Part shown: positions 26,214-38,364 of the stretch, piece after piece | How positions within the stretch are numbered: the stretch's first letter is position 1 | Layout: the number at the start of each line of letters is the position of its first letter | The notes under the pieces: generated by a model | What the model was told of the DNA's origin: nothing | The model's database searches: none | Seen by the model: only the letters and a program-made list of their open reading frames with translations | Program-made: the position numbers and the translations under genes | Source: Anthoceros angustus | Lineage: Eukaryota > Plantae > Anthocerotophyta | Length of the DNA: 64,000 bases | Reading direction: 5' to 3' | Assembly (NCBI GenBank): GCA_010909165.1 | Contig: VJWM01000280.1 | Location: forward strand, 62,001-126,000

Positions 26214-29200
26214 ATTCTCTCACGAGATAATTAAAAAGTGGAATGTGTAGCCTTGAAATCGTTAACCCACGAGGGCTTTGGACAATGAGTGACTAAGCAC
26301 AATGATTGTTTTTCAAACAAGAAAGGATTCCAGTGACCTTGAACCTTGACACCTTACGAGGGCTTGTCCAATGTTTATGAATATATGTAAGTCGCATCCC
26401 TCATTTATATACCCAAGTTTTCCTTGGCCCTTGGGAATCTTACGTGGAATTTTGCATCCGAAACCCCTAATTACCATGGGCCAAGGAACAATCATCCTTG
26501 GATTTCGTCATCCCCTTTTTTTCCCCCTTAAATTCGCCCCACTTCCTTGAGGTTGATTCCGTCCTTGGACTTTGGCCTCACAAATTTTTCCACAAAGTTC
26601 TTCTTTCTCGAACGCCGGACGCCAAGAGTCCGCTAGCCTACTTGCGCCGGACGCCGAGTCTGCCGTCCTATTGGCGCACTCCGGCACACCAAGGCCAAGA
26701 TGCACGAGTCCGTCGGCCTACCCGCACGATCGAGCCTCCCACTCCCCAATGCGACGCTCTCGGCCCACGGTTTAGGGTTATCGGGCCTACCACTCCCGAG
26801 TCGCCGTCCTTTCGGCCCTCCCGTGAGACTTCTCACCGGTGAGTGCACGATGGCGGTATCGTGCAATCCCGACCAGAATCGGTGAAGCTTGAGAAACCGT
26901 TTTAATTTTTGAAAGTGTTTCGTAGAAAGGGCCTATGTAAATTAGCCTACTTGTACCAAATATCAAAGGCTATCGCGGTCAAGCTATGTTGGAGCTTGAA
27001 ATGACAACTTGCATGCAGAGAAGGAAAATCAAGTCAACCAAGAACAACCTTTAGACTAAACCACATCCTTGTAGAGGCGGTGAAAACCAAGCGTGGGATG
27101 AAAACAATCACTACTATTCAAGTTTTGAAAAGGGTGGAGACCCCATTAAAAGCGTTGAGCGTTTTTAGAGGACTTAACTTTCTCAAGGAGAAGCTCTTTT
27201 GCCCACCAAAATTTTCAAACCTCCTAGGAGCAAAGATTTGCATAGTACTAAATTGCAATCAAGAATGTAGGTCGCTAGAATGAAGGTGGCGATAGTCTAA
27301 AATCTTATGTGAAACGAGTCATGTCCATGCACACGATGTTTGATTTAACGTAAGCAAAAATCTTGTCACTAAAGGACGTGGACGACGAAGGTCTTTTTCC
27401 AATCCATGAAGTCCATCGGCAAACCTTTAACTTTGCATGGTCGGGAGTGTGCATGAGTGTAAGTGTTGGGAATGCGTGTTGACGATGCCGACCGTGGAAT
27501 GCGGCGTTCTCTCGGCCCACGGTTTAGGGTTATCGGGCCTACCACTCCCGAGTCGCCGTCCTTTCGGCCCTCCCGTGAGACTTCTCACCGGTGAGTGCAC
27601 GATGGCGGTATCGTGCAATCCCGACCAGAATCGGTGAAGCTTGAGAAACCGTTTTAATTTTTGAAAGTGTTTCGTAGAAAGGGCCTATGTAAATTAGCCT
27701 ACTTGTACCAAATATCAAAGGCTATCGTCAAGCTATGTTGGAGCTTGAAATGACAACTTGCATGCAGAGAAGGCGAAGTCAACCAAGAACAACCTTTAGA
27801 CTAAACCACATCCTTGTAGGCGGTGAAAACCAAGCGTGGGATGAAAACAATCACTACTATTCAAGTTTTGAAAAGGGTGGAGACCCCATTAAAAGCGTTG
27901 AGCGTTTTTAGAGGACTTAACTTTCTCAAGGAGAAGCTCTTTTGCCCACCAAAATTTTCAAACCTCCTAGGAGCAAAGATTTGCATAGTACTAAATTGCA
28001 ATCAAGAATGTAGGTCGCTAGAATGAAGGTGGCGATAGTCTAAAATCTTATGTGAAACGAGTCATGTCCATGCACACGATGTTTGATTTAACGTAAGCAA
28101 AAATCTTGTCACTAAAGGACGTGGACGACGAAGGTCTTTTTCCAATCCATGAAGTCCATCGGCAAACCTTTAACTTTGCATGGTCGGGAGTGTGCATGAG
28201 TGTAAGTGTTGGGAATGCGTGTTGACGATGCCGACCGTGGAATGCGGCGTTCTCTCGGCCCACGGTTTAGGGTTATCGGGCCTACCACTCCCGAGTCGCC
28301 GTCCTTTCGGCCCTCCGTGAGACTTCTCACCGGTGAGTGCACGATGGCGGTCGTGCAATCCCGACCAGAATCGGTGAAGCTTGAGAAACCGTTTTAATTT
28401 TTGAAAGTGTTTCGTAGAAAGGGCCTATGTAAATTAGCCTACTTGTACCAAATATCAAAGGCTATCGTCAAGCTATGTTGGAGCTTGAAATGACAACTTG
28501 CATGCAGAGAAGGAAAATCAAGTCAACCAAGAACAACCTTTAGACTAAACCACATCCTTGTAGAGGCAGGTGAAAACCAAGCGTGGGATGAAAACAATCA
28601 CTACTATTCGAAGTTTTGAAAAGGGTGGAGACCCCATTAAAAGCGTTGAGCGTTTTTTTAGAGGACTTAACTTTCTCTGAAGGAGAAGCTCTTTTGCCCA
28701 CCAAAATTTTCAAACCTCCTAGGAGCAAAGATTTGCATAGTACTAAATTGCAATCAAGAATGTAGGTCGCTAGAATGAAGGTGGCAGATAGTCTAAAATC
28801 TTATGTGAAACGAGTCATGTCCATGCACACGATGTTTGATTTAACGTAAGCAAAAATCTTGTCACTAAAGGACGTGGACGACGAAGGTATTTTTCCAATC
28901 CATGAAGTCCATCGGCGGCAAACCTTTAACTTTGCATGGTCGGGAGTGTGCATGAGTGTAAGTGTTGGGAATGCGTGTTGACGATGCTGACCGTGGAATG
29001 CGATGCCGGATGTATGGATGGGCGCGGGTCGGATGCATAGGATTCAAACATTGACAATTAATGGAGGGAGTCTCTGGTCACGGCAGCTATGTCGACTATG
29101 TGCGACGCGACATACTCCTCACATCATTCTTGGCACCCGGGACAAACATTTGACCCCTTGCTTCAAAGAAGCATAACAAATTTGGCCGTCATAATGCACA

Positions 29201-29321
29201 TCTATTGATACATTGAATTTTACGTAGTGAGAAAAAGTCACCGACCATGCTGCATGCTAGTATGTGAGCTCAAGCACACTGAGCTATTTGATTGAAGGCA
29301 AGTTCACAGATAATCTAAGGC

Positions 29322-30248
29322 TCAATTCACGAGCTCTTCCAAACAAAAATTCCCACTTTGCAAAAACCATGCCGGTACTATAACGGATGCATGCGGACGC
29401 AAAAATCGGTAAGTGCTCTTGAGCGTACTCACCGCCACATTACATGCGTCGGCAATGCTCTTGAGCGAGCCGCACGGTTCCCTCGAGATCTTACGGACCA
29501 TGTATATAACTCCGCGGTGACCGATGGGGAGCTTGGATATCAATTTTTGTTTTCCGAGGGCACTCACTTGAAAGATGCCTCGTGACTTTCCTTGCGCATT
29601 TCGAGCTGGAACAAAACAGTCTTGCAAAATCCTTGGGCGGATAGCTTTGACGCGACGGCGGATTTCCTCGTGCTCGTCATGCACGGCCCTCATTTCTAGG
29701 AGGTCCACCAACTTCCCAACAACCCCTGGTCAAGGCTATAGCTGCAGTACCCAAAGCCTCGTAGATTTCTTGCATTGACCGAGGAGTCCTTTCTTCTTTA
29801 CAAGCCACGTACATAGCAGCAGCCACATACGCCTCTTCACAACTCCCTTTTCTCAAGACCCTCGCCTTCTTGTACAAGGAACTTGCCAATACTGCGTGTT
29901 GTGCACAATTCTCATTCTTCTGCGAGCTCGAAATCCTATCAAAGGCGTATATCAGTCGTCATGAGTGGGAACCCGTGCATTCGTGTTCCGCAGTGTGGAT
30001 GCAACCCATTTTTCCTTGCGCTGTAGTGCGGATGCAAGTGGTTAGGCCAGCATGGTCGAGCAAGTCATCCGTGTCGTGGGGCGTCCCACACGCCTCCTTC
30101 TCCTCGTGCTCGGTGTCATTATCGAACTTCCTATATTCCAAGGTTTCACGACACGACGTTCTTCTAACACTAGACCGCACTGCAAATGCTCTGCACTGTC
30201 CTCATAAATCTCTGTCTTTATCTTGCACTCTAGACATTTCAGCTCCAT
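29322..30248 (-). CDS. TFIIB: TFIIB-like copy 10
   Basis: ORF 30042-30248 starts MELKCLECKIKTEIYEDSAEHLQCGLVLEERR. ORF 29322-29711 ends in EELVN*. Confidence 0.85.
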
Positions 30249-31842
30249 ATTCTCTGTCCCGAGATAATTAAAAAGTGGAATGTGTAGCCTTGAAATCGTT
30301 AACCCACGAGGGCTTTGGACAATGAGTGACTAAGCACAATGATTGTTTTTCAAACAAGAAAGGATTCCAGTGACCTTGAACCTTGACACCTTACGAGGGC
30401 TTGTCCAATGTTTATGAATATATGTAAGTCGATCCCTCATTTATATACCCAAGTTTTCCTTGGCCCTTGGGAATCTTACGTGGAATTTTGCATCCCGAAA
30501 CCCCTAATTACCATGGGCCAAGGAACAATCATCCTTGATTTCGTCATCCCTTTTTTCCCCTTAAATTCGCCCCACTTCCTTCGAGGTTGATTCCGTCCTT
30601 GGACTTTGGCCTCACAAATTTTTCCACAAAGTTCTTCTTTCTCGAGCCGGACGCCAAGAGTCCGCTAGCCTACTTGCGCCGGACGCCGGAGTCTGCCGTC
30701 CTATTGGCGCACTCCGACACCCGCAAGGCCAAGATGCACGGAGTCCGTCGGCCTACCCGCACGATCGAGCCTCCCACTCCCCAATGCGACGTTCTCTCGG
30801 CCCACGGTTTAGGGTTATCGGGCCTACCACTCCCGAGTCGCCGTCCTTTCGGCCCTCCCGTGAGACTTCTCACCGGTGAGTGCACGATGGCGGTCGTGCA
30901 ATCCCGACCTCAGAATCGTGAAGCTTGAGAAACCGTTTTAATTTTTGAAAGTGTTTCGTAGAAAGGGCCTATGTAAATTAGCCTACTTGTACCAAATATC
31001 AAAGGCTATCGCAGTCAAGCTATGTTGGAGCTTGAAATGACAACTTGCATGCAGAGAAGGAAATCAAGTCAACCAAGAACAACCTTTAGACTAAACCACA
31101 TCCTTGTAGAGGCGGTGAAAACCAAGCGTGGGATGAAAACAATCACTACTATTCAAGTTTTGAAAAGGGTGGAGACCCCATTAAAAGCGTTGAGCGTTTT
31201 TAGAGGACTTAACTTTCTCAAGGAGAAGCTCTTTTGCCCACCAAAATTTTCAAACCTCCTAGGAGCAAAGATTTGCATAGTACTAAATTGCAATCAAGAA
31301 TGTAGGTCGCTAGAATGAAGGTGGCGATAGTCTAAAATCTTATGTGAAACGAGTCATGTCCATGCACACGATGTTTGATTTAACGTAAGCAAAAATCTTG
31401 TCACTAAAGGACGTGGACGAAGGTCTTTTTCCAATCCATGAAGTCCATCGGCAAACCTTTAACTTTGCATGGTCGGAGTGTGCATGAGTGTAAGTGTTGG
31501 GAATGCGTGTTGACGATCCGACCGTGGAATGCGATGCGGATGTATGGATGGGCGGGTCGGATGCATAGGATTCAAACATTGATGCTTAATGGAGGAGTCT
31601 CGGTCACGGCAGCTATGTCGACTATGTGCGACGCGACATACTCCTCACATCATTCTTGGCACCCGGGACAAACATTTGACCCCTTGCTTCAAAGAAGCAT
31701 AACAAATTGGCCATAATGCACATCTATTGATACATTTAATTTTACGAGTGAGAAAAAGTCACGACCATGCTGCATGCTAGTATGTGAGCCTCAAGCAAAT
31801 GAGCTATTTGATTGAAGGCAAGTTCACAAGATAATCTAAGGC

Positions 31843-32782
31843 TCAATTCCGAGCTCTTCCAAACAAAAATTCCCACTTTGCAAAAACCATGCCGGTACTA
31901 TAACGGATGCATGCGGACGCAAAAATCGGTAAGTGCTCTTGAGCGTACTCACCGCCACATTACATGCGTCGGCAATGCTCTTGAGCGAGCCGCACGGTTC
32001 CCTCGAGATCTTACGGACCATGTATATAACTCCGCGGTGACCGATCGTGGGGAGCTTGGATATCGAATTTTTGTTTTCCGAGGGCACTCACACTTGAAAG
32101 ACGCCTCGCACTTCCTTGCGCATTTCGAGCACGGAACAAAATAAAGGTCTTGCAAAAATCCTTGGGCCGGATAGCTTTGACGCGGATTTCCTCGGTGCGC
32201 GTCATGCACGGCCCTCATTTCTAGGAGGTCCACCAACTTCCCAACAACCCCCGGTCAAGGCTATAGCTGCAGTACCCAAAGCCTCGTAGATTTCTTGCAT
32301 TGACCGAGGAGTCCTTTCTTCTTTACAAGCCACGTACATAGCAGCCACATACGCCTCTTCACAACTCCCTTTTCTCAAGACCCTCGCCTTCTTGTACAAG
32401 GAACTTGCCAATACCTGCGTGTTGTGCACAATTCTCATTCTTTCTGCGAGCTCTGAAATCCTATCAAAGGCAGATATCAGGCTGCCGTCATGAGTGGGAA
32501 CCCGTGCATTCGTGTTCCGCAGTGTGGATGCAACCCATTTTTCCTTTGCGCCTGTAGTGCGGATGCAAGTGGTTAGGCCAGCATGGTCGAGCAAGTCATC
32601 CGTGTACGTAGGACGTCCCACACGCTCCTTCTCCTCGTGCTCGGTGTCATTATCGAACTTCCTATATTCCAAGGTTTCGTCGATACGACGTTCTTCTAAC
32701 ACTAGACCGCACTGCAAATGCTGCCTGCACTGCTGTCCTCATAAATCTGTCTTTATCTTGCACTCTAGACATTTCACTCCAT
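31843..32782 (-). CDS. TFIIB: TFIIB-like copy 11 (longest intact N-terminal half)
   Basis: The 171-aa ORF 32202-32717 runs unbroken from QCGLVLEERRIDETLEYRKF through RVGRP, LTTCI and SLISAFDRISELAERM to YVACKEERTPRSMQEI. Confidence 0.88.
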
Positions 32783-33477
32783 ATTCTCGGCTGTCCCGAG
32801 ATAATTAAAAAGTGGAATGTGTAGCCTTGAAATCGTTAACCCACGAGGGCTTTGGACAATGAGTGACTAAGCACAATGATTGTTTTTCAAACAAGAAAGG
32901 ATTCCAGTGACCTTGAACCTTGACACCTTACGAGGGCTTGTCCAATGTTTATGAATATATGTAAGTCGCATCCCTCATTTATATACCCAAGTTTTCCTTG
33001 GCCCTTGGGAATCTTACGTGGAATTTTGCATCCCGAAACCCCTAATTACCATGGGCCAAGGAACAATCATCCTTGGATTTCGTCATCCCTTTTTTCCCCT
33101 TAAATTCGCCCCACTTCCTTCGAGGTTGATTCCGTCCTTGGACTTTGGCCTCACAAATTTTTCCACAAAGTTCTTCTTTCTCGAGCGGACGCCAAGAGTC
33201 CGCTAGCCTACTTGCGCCGGACGGGAGTCTCGTCACGGCAGCTATGTCGACTATGTGCGACGCGACATACTCCTCACATCATTCTTGGCACCGGGACAAA
33301 CATTTGACCCCTTGCTTCAAAGAAGCATAACAAATTTGGCCGTCATAATGCACATCTATTGATACATTTAATTTTACGTAGTGAGAAAAAGTCACGACCA
33401 TGCTGCATGCTAGTATGTGAGCTGAAGCACACATTGAGCTATTTGATTGAAGGCAAGTTCACAAGATAATCTAAGGC

Positions 33478-34421
33478 TCAATTCACGAGCTCTTCCAAAC
33501 AAAAATTCCCACTTTGCAAAAACCATGCCGGTACTATAACGGATGCATGCGGACGCAAAAATCGGTAAGTGCTCTTGGCGTACTCACCGCCACATTACAT
33601 GCGTCGGCAATGCTCTTGAGCGAGCCGCACGGTTCCCTCGAGATCTTACGGACCATGTATATAACTCCGCGGTGACCGATGGGGAGCTTCGGATATCGAA
33701 TTTTTGTTTTCCGAGGGCACTCACAGCTTGAAAGACAGCTCTCGCACTTTCCTTGCGCATTTCGAGCCTGGAACAAAACAGTGCTGCAAAATCCTTGGGC
33801 CGGATAGCTTTGGACGCGCACGGCGGATTTCCTCGGGTGCGCGGCTCGTCATGCACGGCCCTCATTTCTAGGAGGTCCACCAACTTCCCAACAACCCCCT
33901 GGTCAAGGCTATAGCTGCGAGTACCCAAAGCCTCGTAGATTTCTTGCATTGACCGAGGAGTCCTTTCTTCTTTACAAGCCACGTACATAGCAGCCACATA
34001 CGTCTCTTCACAACTCCCTTTTCTCAAGACCCTCGCCTTCTTGTACAAGGAACTTGCCAATACTGCGTGTTGTGCACAATTCTCATTCTTTCTGCGAGCT
34101 CAAATCCTATCAAAGGCGTATATCAGTGCCGTCATGAGTGGGAACCCGTGCATTCGTGTTCCGCAGTGTGGATGCAACCCATTTTTCCTTGCGCTGTAGT
34201 GCGGATGCAAGTGGTTAGGCCAGCATGGTCGAGCAAGTCATCCGTGTCGTGGGGCGTCCCACGCTCCTTCTCCTCGTGCTCGGTGTCATTATCGAACTTC
34301 CTATATTCCAAGGTTTCGTCGATCGACGTTCTTCTAACACTAGACCGCACTGCAAATGCCGCATCTCGGACTGCTGTCCTCATAAATCTCTTTATCTTGC
34401 ACTCTAGACATTTCACTCCAT
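33478..34421 (-). CDS. TFIIB: TFIIB-like copy 12 (in the 1.63-kb short unit)
   Basis: The 158-aa ORF 33584-34060 links repeat 1, the linker and repeat 2 (YVACKEERTPRSMQEI...IRPKDFAALFCSRL...KFDIRSSPS). Confidence 0.85.
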
Positions 34422-35954
34422 ATTCTCTGTCCCGAGATAATTAAAAAGTGGAATGTGTAGCCTTGAAATCGTTAACCCACGAGGGCTTTGGACAATGAGT
34501 GACTAAGCACAATGATTGTTTTTCAAGCAAGAAAGGATTCCACGGTGACCTTGAACCTTGACACCTTACGAGGGCTTGTCCAATGTTTATGAATATATGT
34601 AAGTCGCATCCCTCATTTATATACCCAAGTTTTCCTTGGCCCTTGGGAATCTTACGTGGAATTTTGCATCCCGAAACCCCTAATTACCATGGGCCAAGGA
34701 ACAATCATCCTTGGATTTCGTCATCCCCTTTTTTCCCCTTAAATTCGCCCCACTTCCTTCGAGGTTGATTCCGTCCTTGGACTTTGGCCTCACAAATTTT
34801 TCCACAAAGTTCTTCTTTCTCGAGCGGACGCCAAGAGTCCGCTAGCCTACTTGCGCCGGACGCCGGAGTCTGCCGTCCTATTGGCGCACTCCGGCACACC
34901 CAAGGCCAAGATGCACGGAGTCCGTCGGCCTACCCGCACGATCGAGCCTCCCACTCCCCAATGCGACGTTCTCTCGGCCCACGGTTTAGGGTTATCGGGC
35001 CTACCACTCCCGAGTCGCCGTCCTTCGGCCCTCCCGTGAGACTTCTCACCGGTGAGTGCATCGATGGCGTCGTGCAATCCCGACCAGAATCGGTGAAGCT
35101 TGAGAAACCGCTTTTAATTTTTGAAAGTGTTTCGTAGAAAGGGCCTATGTAAATTAGCCTACTTGTACCAAATATCAAAGGCTATCGCAGTCAAGCTATG
35201 TTGGAGCTTGAAATGACAACTTGCATGCAGAGAAGGAAAAGCGAAGTCAACCAAGAACAACCTTTAGACTAAACCACATCCTTGTAGAGGCGGTGAAAAC
35301 CAAGCGTGGGATGAAAACAATCACTACTATTCAAGTTTTGAAAAGGGTGGAGACCCCATTAAAAGCGTTGAGCGTTTTTAGAGGACTTAACTTTCTCAAG
35401 ACCCTCGCCTTCTCCTCGTGCTCGGTGTCATTATCGAACTTCCTATATTCCAAGGTTTCGTCGATCGACGTTCTCTCGGCCCACGGTTTAGGGTTATCGG
35501 GCCTACCCGCACGATCGAGCCTCCCACTCCCCAATGCGACGTTCTCTCGGCCCACGGTTTAGGGTTATCGGGCCTACCCGCACGATCGAGCCTCCCACTC
35601 CCCAATGCGACGTTCTCTCGGCCCACGGTTTAGGGTTATCGGGCCTACCACTCCCGAGTCGCCGTCCTTTCGGCCCTCCCGTGAGACTTCTCACCGGTGA
35701 GTGCACGAGTCCGCCGGCCTACCCGCACGATCGAGCCTCCCACTCCCCAATGCGACGCGACATACTCCTCACATCATTCTTGGCACCCGGGACAAACATT
35801 TGACCTTGAACCTTGACACCTTACGAGGGCTTGTCCAATGTTTATGAATATATGTAAGTCGCATCCCCTTTTTTCCCCTTAAATTCGCCCCACTTCCTTG
35901 AGGTTGATTCCGTCCTTGGACTTTGGCCTCACAAATTTTTCCACAAAGTTCTTC

Positions 35955-36150
35955 TTTCTCTTTTCTAGGTTTCTTCCTCCTCTCTTCTCTTTTCTCTTTT
36001 CTCCTCTCTTGCTCCTTCCTTCTCCTCTCTTGCTCCCTATCCTCTCTAGCTCCTCTCGTCCTCTCTCGCTCTCACTCTCTCGCTCTCTCGCTCTCTTTTC
36101 TCTTTTCTCTTTTCTCCTCTCTTCTCTAATCTACCTCTTCCACTCTTCCT
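35955..36150 (+). repeat. CT-rich low-complexity tract
   Basis: Almost purely C/T. It shares CTTTTCTAGGTTTCTTCCTCCTCTC and TTGCTCCCTATCCTCTCTAGCTCCTCTC with 36750-36860. Confidence 0.8.
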
Positions 36151-36374
36151 AGCTAACTATCGCCCCCCGCCGCCTCCCAAAGAATCGCCTCATCATAGGG
36201 CATTGCCCTCACGGCCCTCATTTCTAGGAGGTCCACCAACTTCCCAACAACCCCCGGTCAAGGCTATAGCTGCAGTACCCAAAGCCTCGTAGATTTCTTG
36301 CATTGACCGAGGAGTCCTTTCTTCTTTACAAGCCACATTACATGCGTCGGCAATGCTCTTGAGCGTACTCACCG

Positions 36375-37285
36375 CACCCACCGCTACCTCCAGAAAGAAA
36401 GGTTTGGGCCCCGCCTCACCCCAGTCACCGCACCTCAAGACCCTACCGGACACCATGCACCCTCACACGGTCGACGCACGCTTGTGTAGCAAGACAAGCA
36501 CACAGGTCGGAGAGCAAGGCATGACATTTTATTATGGGAGCTCCTCCCCTCTTATAGGAGCTCCCCAAACCCCTAGCATTAATTAAGTCCGGTGGGGTAG
36601 GTGGGGTTGCTTACGGTTTTAAGTAGGTGGCCTCTTAAAGGTTCTTAACCTACCTCCTAACAATCCCACTAACCCCTAGGGGTCTTAATGACCCATTCAC
36701 TCCCCTACCAACTATCCGCCTACTTCTTGGGTGTTGGCCCAACCACCGTCTTCCTCCTCTCTTGCTCCCTATCCTCTCTAGCTCCTCTCTTCTCTTTTCT
36801 AGGTTTCTTCCTCCTCTCTTGCTCCCTATCCTCTCTAGCTCCTCTCTTCTCCTCTCTTGCTCTTGTAGAGGCATCCTCTATAGCCATCAGACCGCATAAT
36901 TACCTCCAGGCGGTTGGGTGTTGGTGCAGCCCCGCCCGCCAGACACCCCACCAACTCTACCGCCCGCTGGAAATCTCTTCCTCTTCCATTGGCTCCTCCC
37001 ACATTGAGCCTTGCATCCATTTCACTCTCCAAGTCCCGAATCTCCGTTGAGGTGCAATTTCCAAAATCTCCTCGTCATCGTGGGGACCCAACAACTTCCT
37101 TGTCAACAAGGCGCATCTCCTTGGCAAACTTGTTGACCCTAGCATGTAAGTGGACTGCATCTCACGGCCCTTCAAACAAATCTCATCAAATTCCTCGAGG
37201 CCACTCTCACGAGGCTATCTTACATAAGCATCCCTCTCAAGCGTCACCTCACTCAAAGCAGTGACATTCTCGGCATCTCTCTTCT
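36375..37285 (-). mobile_element. LTR-retrotransposon fragment (LTR plus adjacent internal sequence), copy A
   Basis: Near-identical to 38365-39270. The minus strand has a purine-rich GGGGTTAGTGGGA followed by TGTTAGG (PPT and LTR-start-like), a TATA-like CCTATAAGAGGGG and AATAAA. Confidence 0.55.
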
Positions 37286-37671
37286 CCTCGTGCTCGGTGT
37301 CATTATCGAACTTCCTATATTCCAAGGTTTCGATGGCGTTGCTTCTGACGACCCGACATGCGATGCGGATGTATGGATGGGCGCGGGTCGGATGCATAGG
37401 ATTCAAACATTGATTAATGGAGGGAGTCTCGGTCACGGCAGCTATGTCGACTATGTGCGACGCGACATACTCCTCACATCATTCTTGGCACCGGGACAAA
37501 CATTTGACCCCTTGCTTCAAGCATAACAAATTTGGCCGTCATAATGCACATGTCTATTGATACATTGAATTTTACGTAGTGAGAAAAGTCACCATTATGC
37601 GCATGCTAGTATGTGAGCACAACAAATGAGCTATTTGATTGAAGGCAAGTTCACAACGCATAATCTAAGGC

Positions 37672-38357
37672 TCAATTCACGAGCTCTTCCAAACAAAAAT
37701 TCCCACTTTGCAAAACCATGCCGGTACTATAACGGATGCATGCGGACGCAAAAATCGGTAAGTGCTCTTGAGCGTACTCACCGCCACATTACATGCGTCG
37801 GCAATGCTCTTGAGCGAGCTGCAGTTCCCTCGAGATCTTACAGACCATGTATATAACTCCGCGGTGACCATGTGGGGAGCTTGGATATCAATTTTGTTTT
37901 CCGAGGGCACTCACTTGAAAGACAGCTCGCACTTCCTTGCGCATTTCGAGCACGGAACAAAGCAGTCTTGCAAAAATCCTTGGGCGGATAGCTTTGGGCC
38001 GCGGCGGATTTCCTGGCTCCATGCACGGCCCTCATTTCTAGGAGGTCCACCAACTTCCCAACAACCCCCGGTCAAGGCTATAGCTGCAGTACCCAAAGCC
38101 TCGTAGATTTCTTGCATTGACCGAGGAGTCCTTTCTTCTTTACAAGCCACGTACATAGCAGCAGCCACATCGTCTCTTCACAACTCCCTTTTCTCAAGAC
38201 CCTCGCCTTCTTGTACAAGGAACTTGCCAATACTGCGTGTTGTGCACAATTCTCATTCTTCTGCGAGCTCGAAATCCTATCAAAGGCGGATATGCCGCCG
38301 TCATGAGTGGGAACCCGTGCATTCGTGTTCCGCGGTGTGGATGCAACCCATTTTCCT
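37672..38357 (-). pseudogene. 5'-truncated TFIIB copy between the two retroelement fragments
   Basis: Both cyclin folds are present (ORFs 37677-37910 and 37911-38168). It is cut at CAACCCATTTTCCT. Confidence 0.75.
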
Positions 38358-38364
38358 CCGGTGG

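Noticed and set aside
1-35000. Pure phi29/RCA concatemer of a 2.5-kb circle
   Set aside because: Not excluded, but recurrent variant monomers, regional sub-families and genomic TE flanks argue for a chromosomal array. Read depth is needed to settle it.
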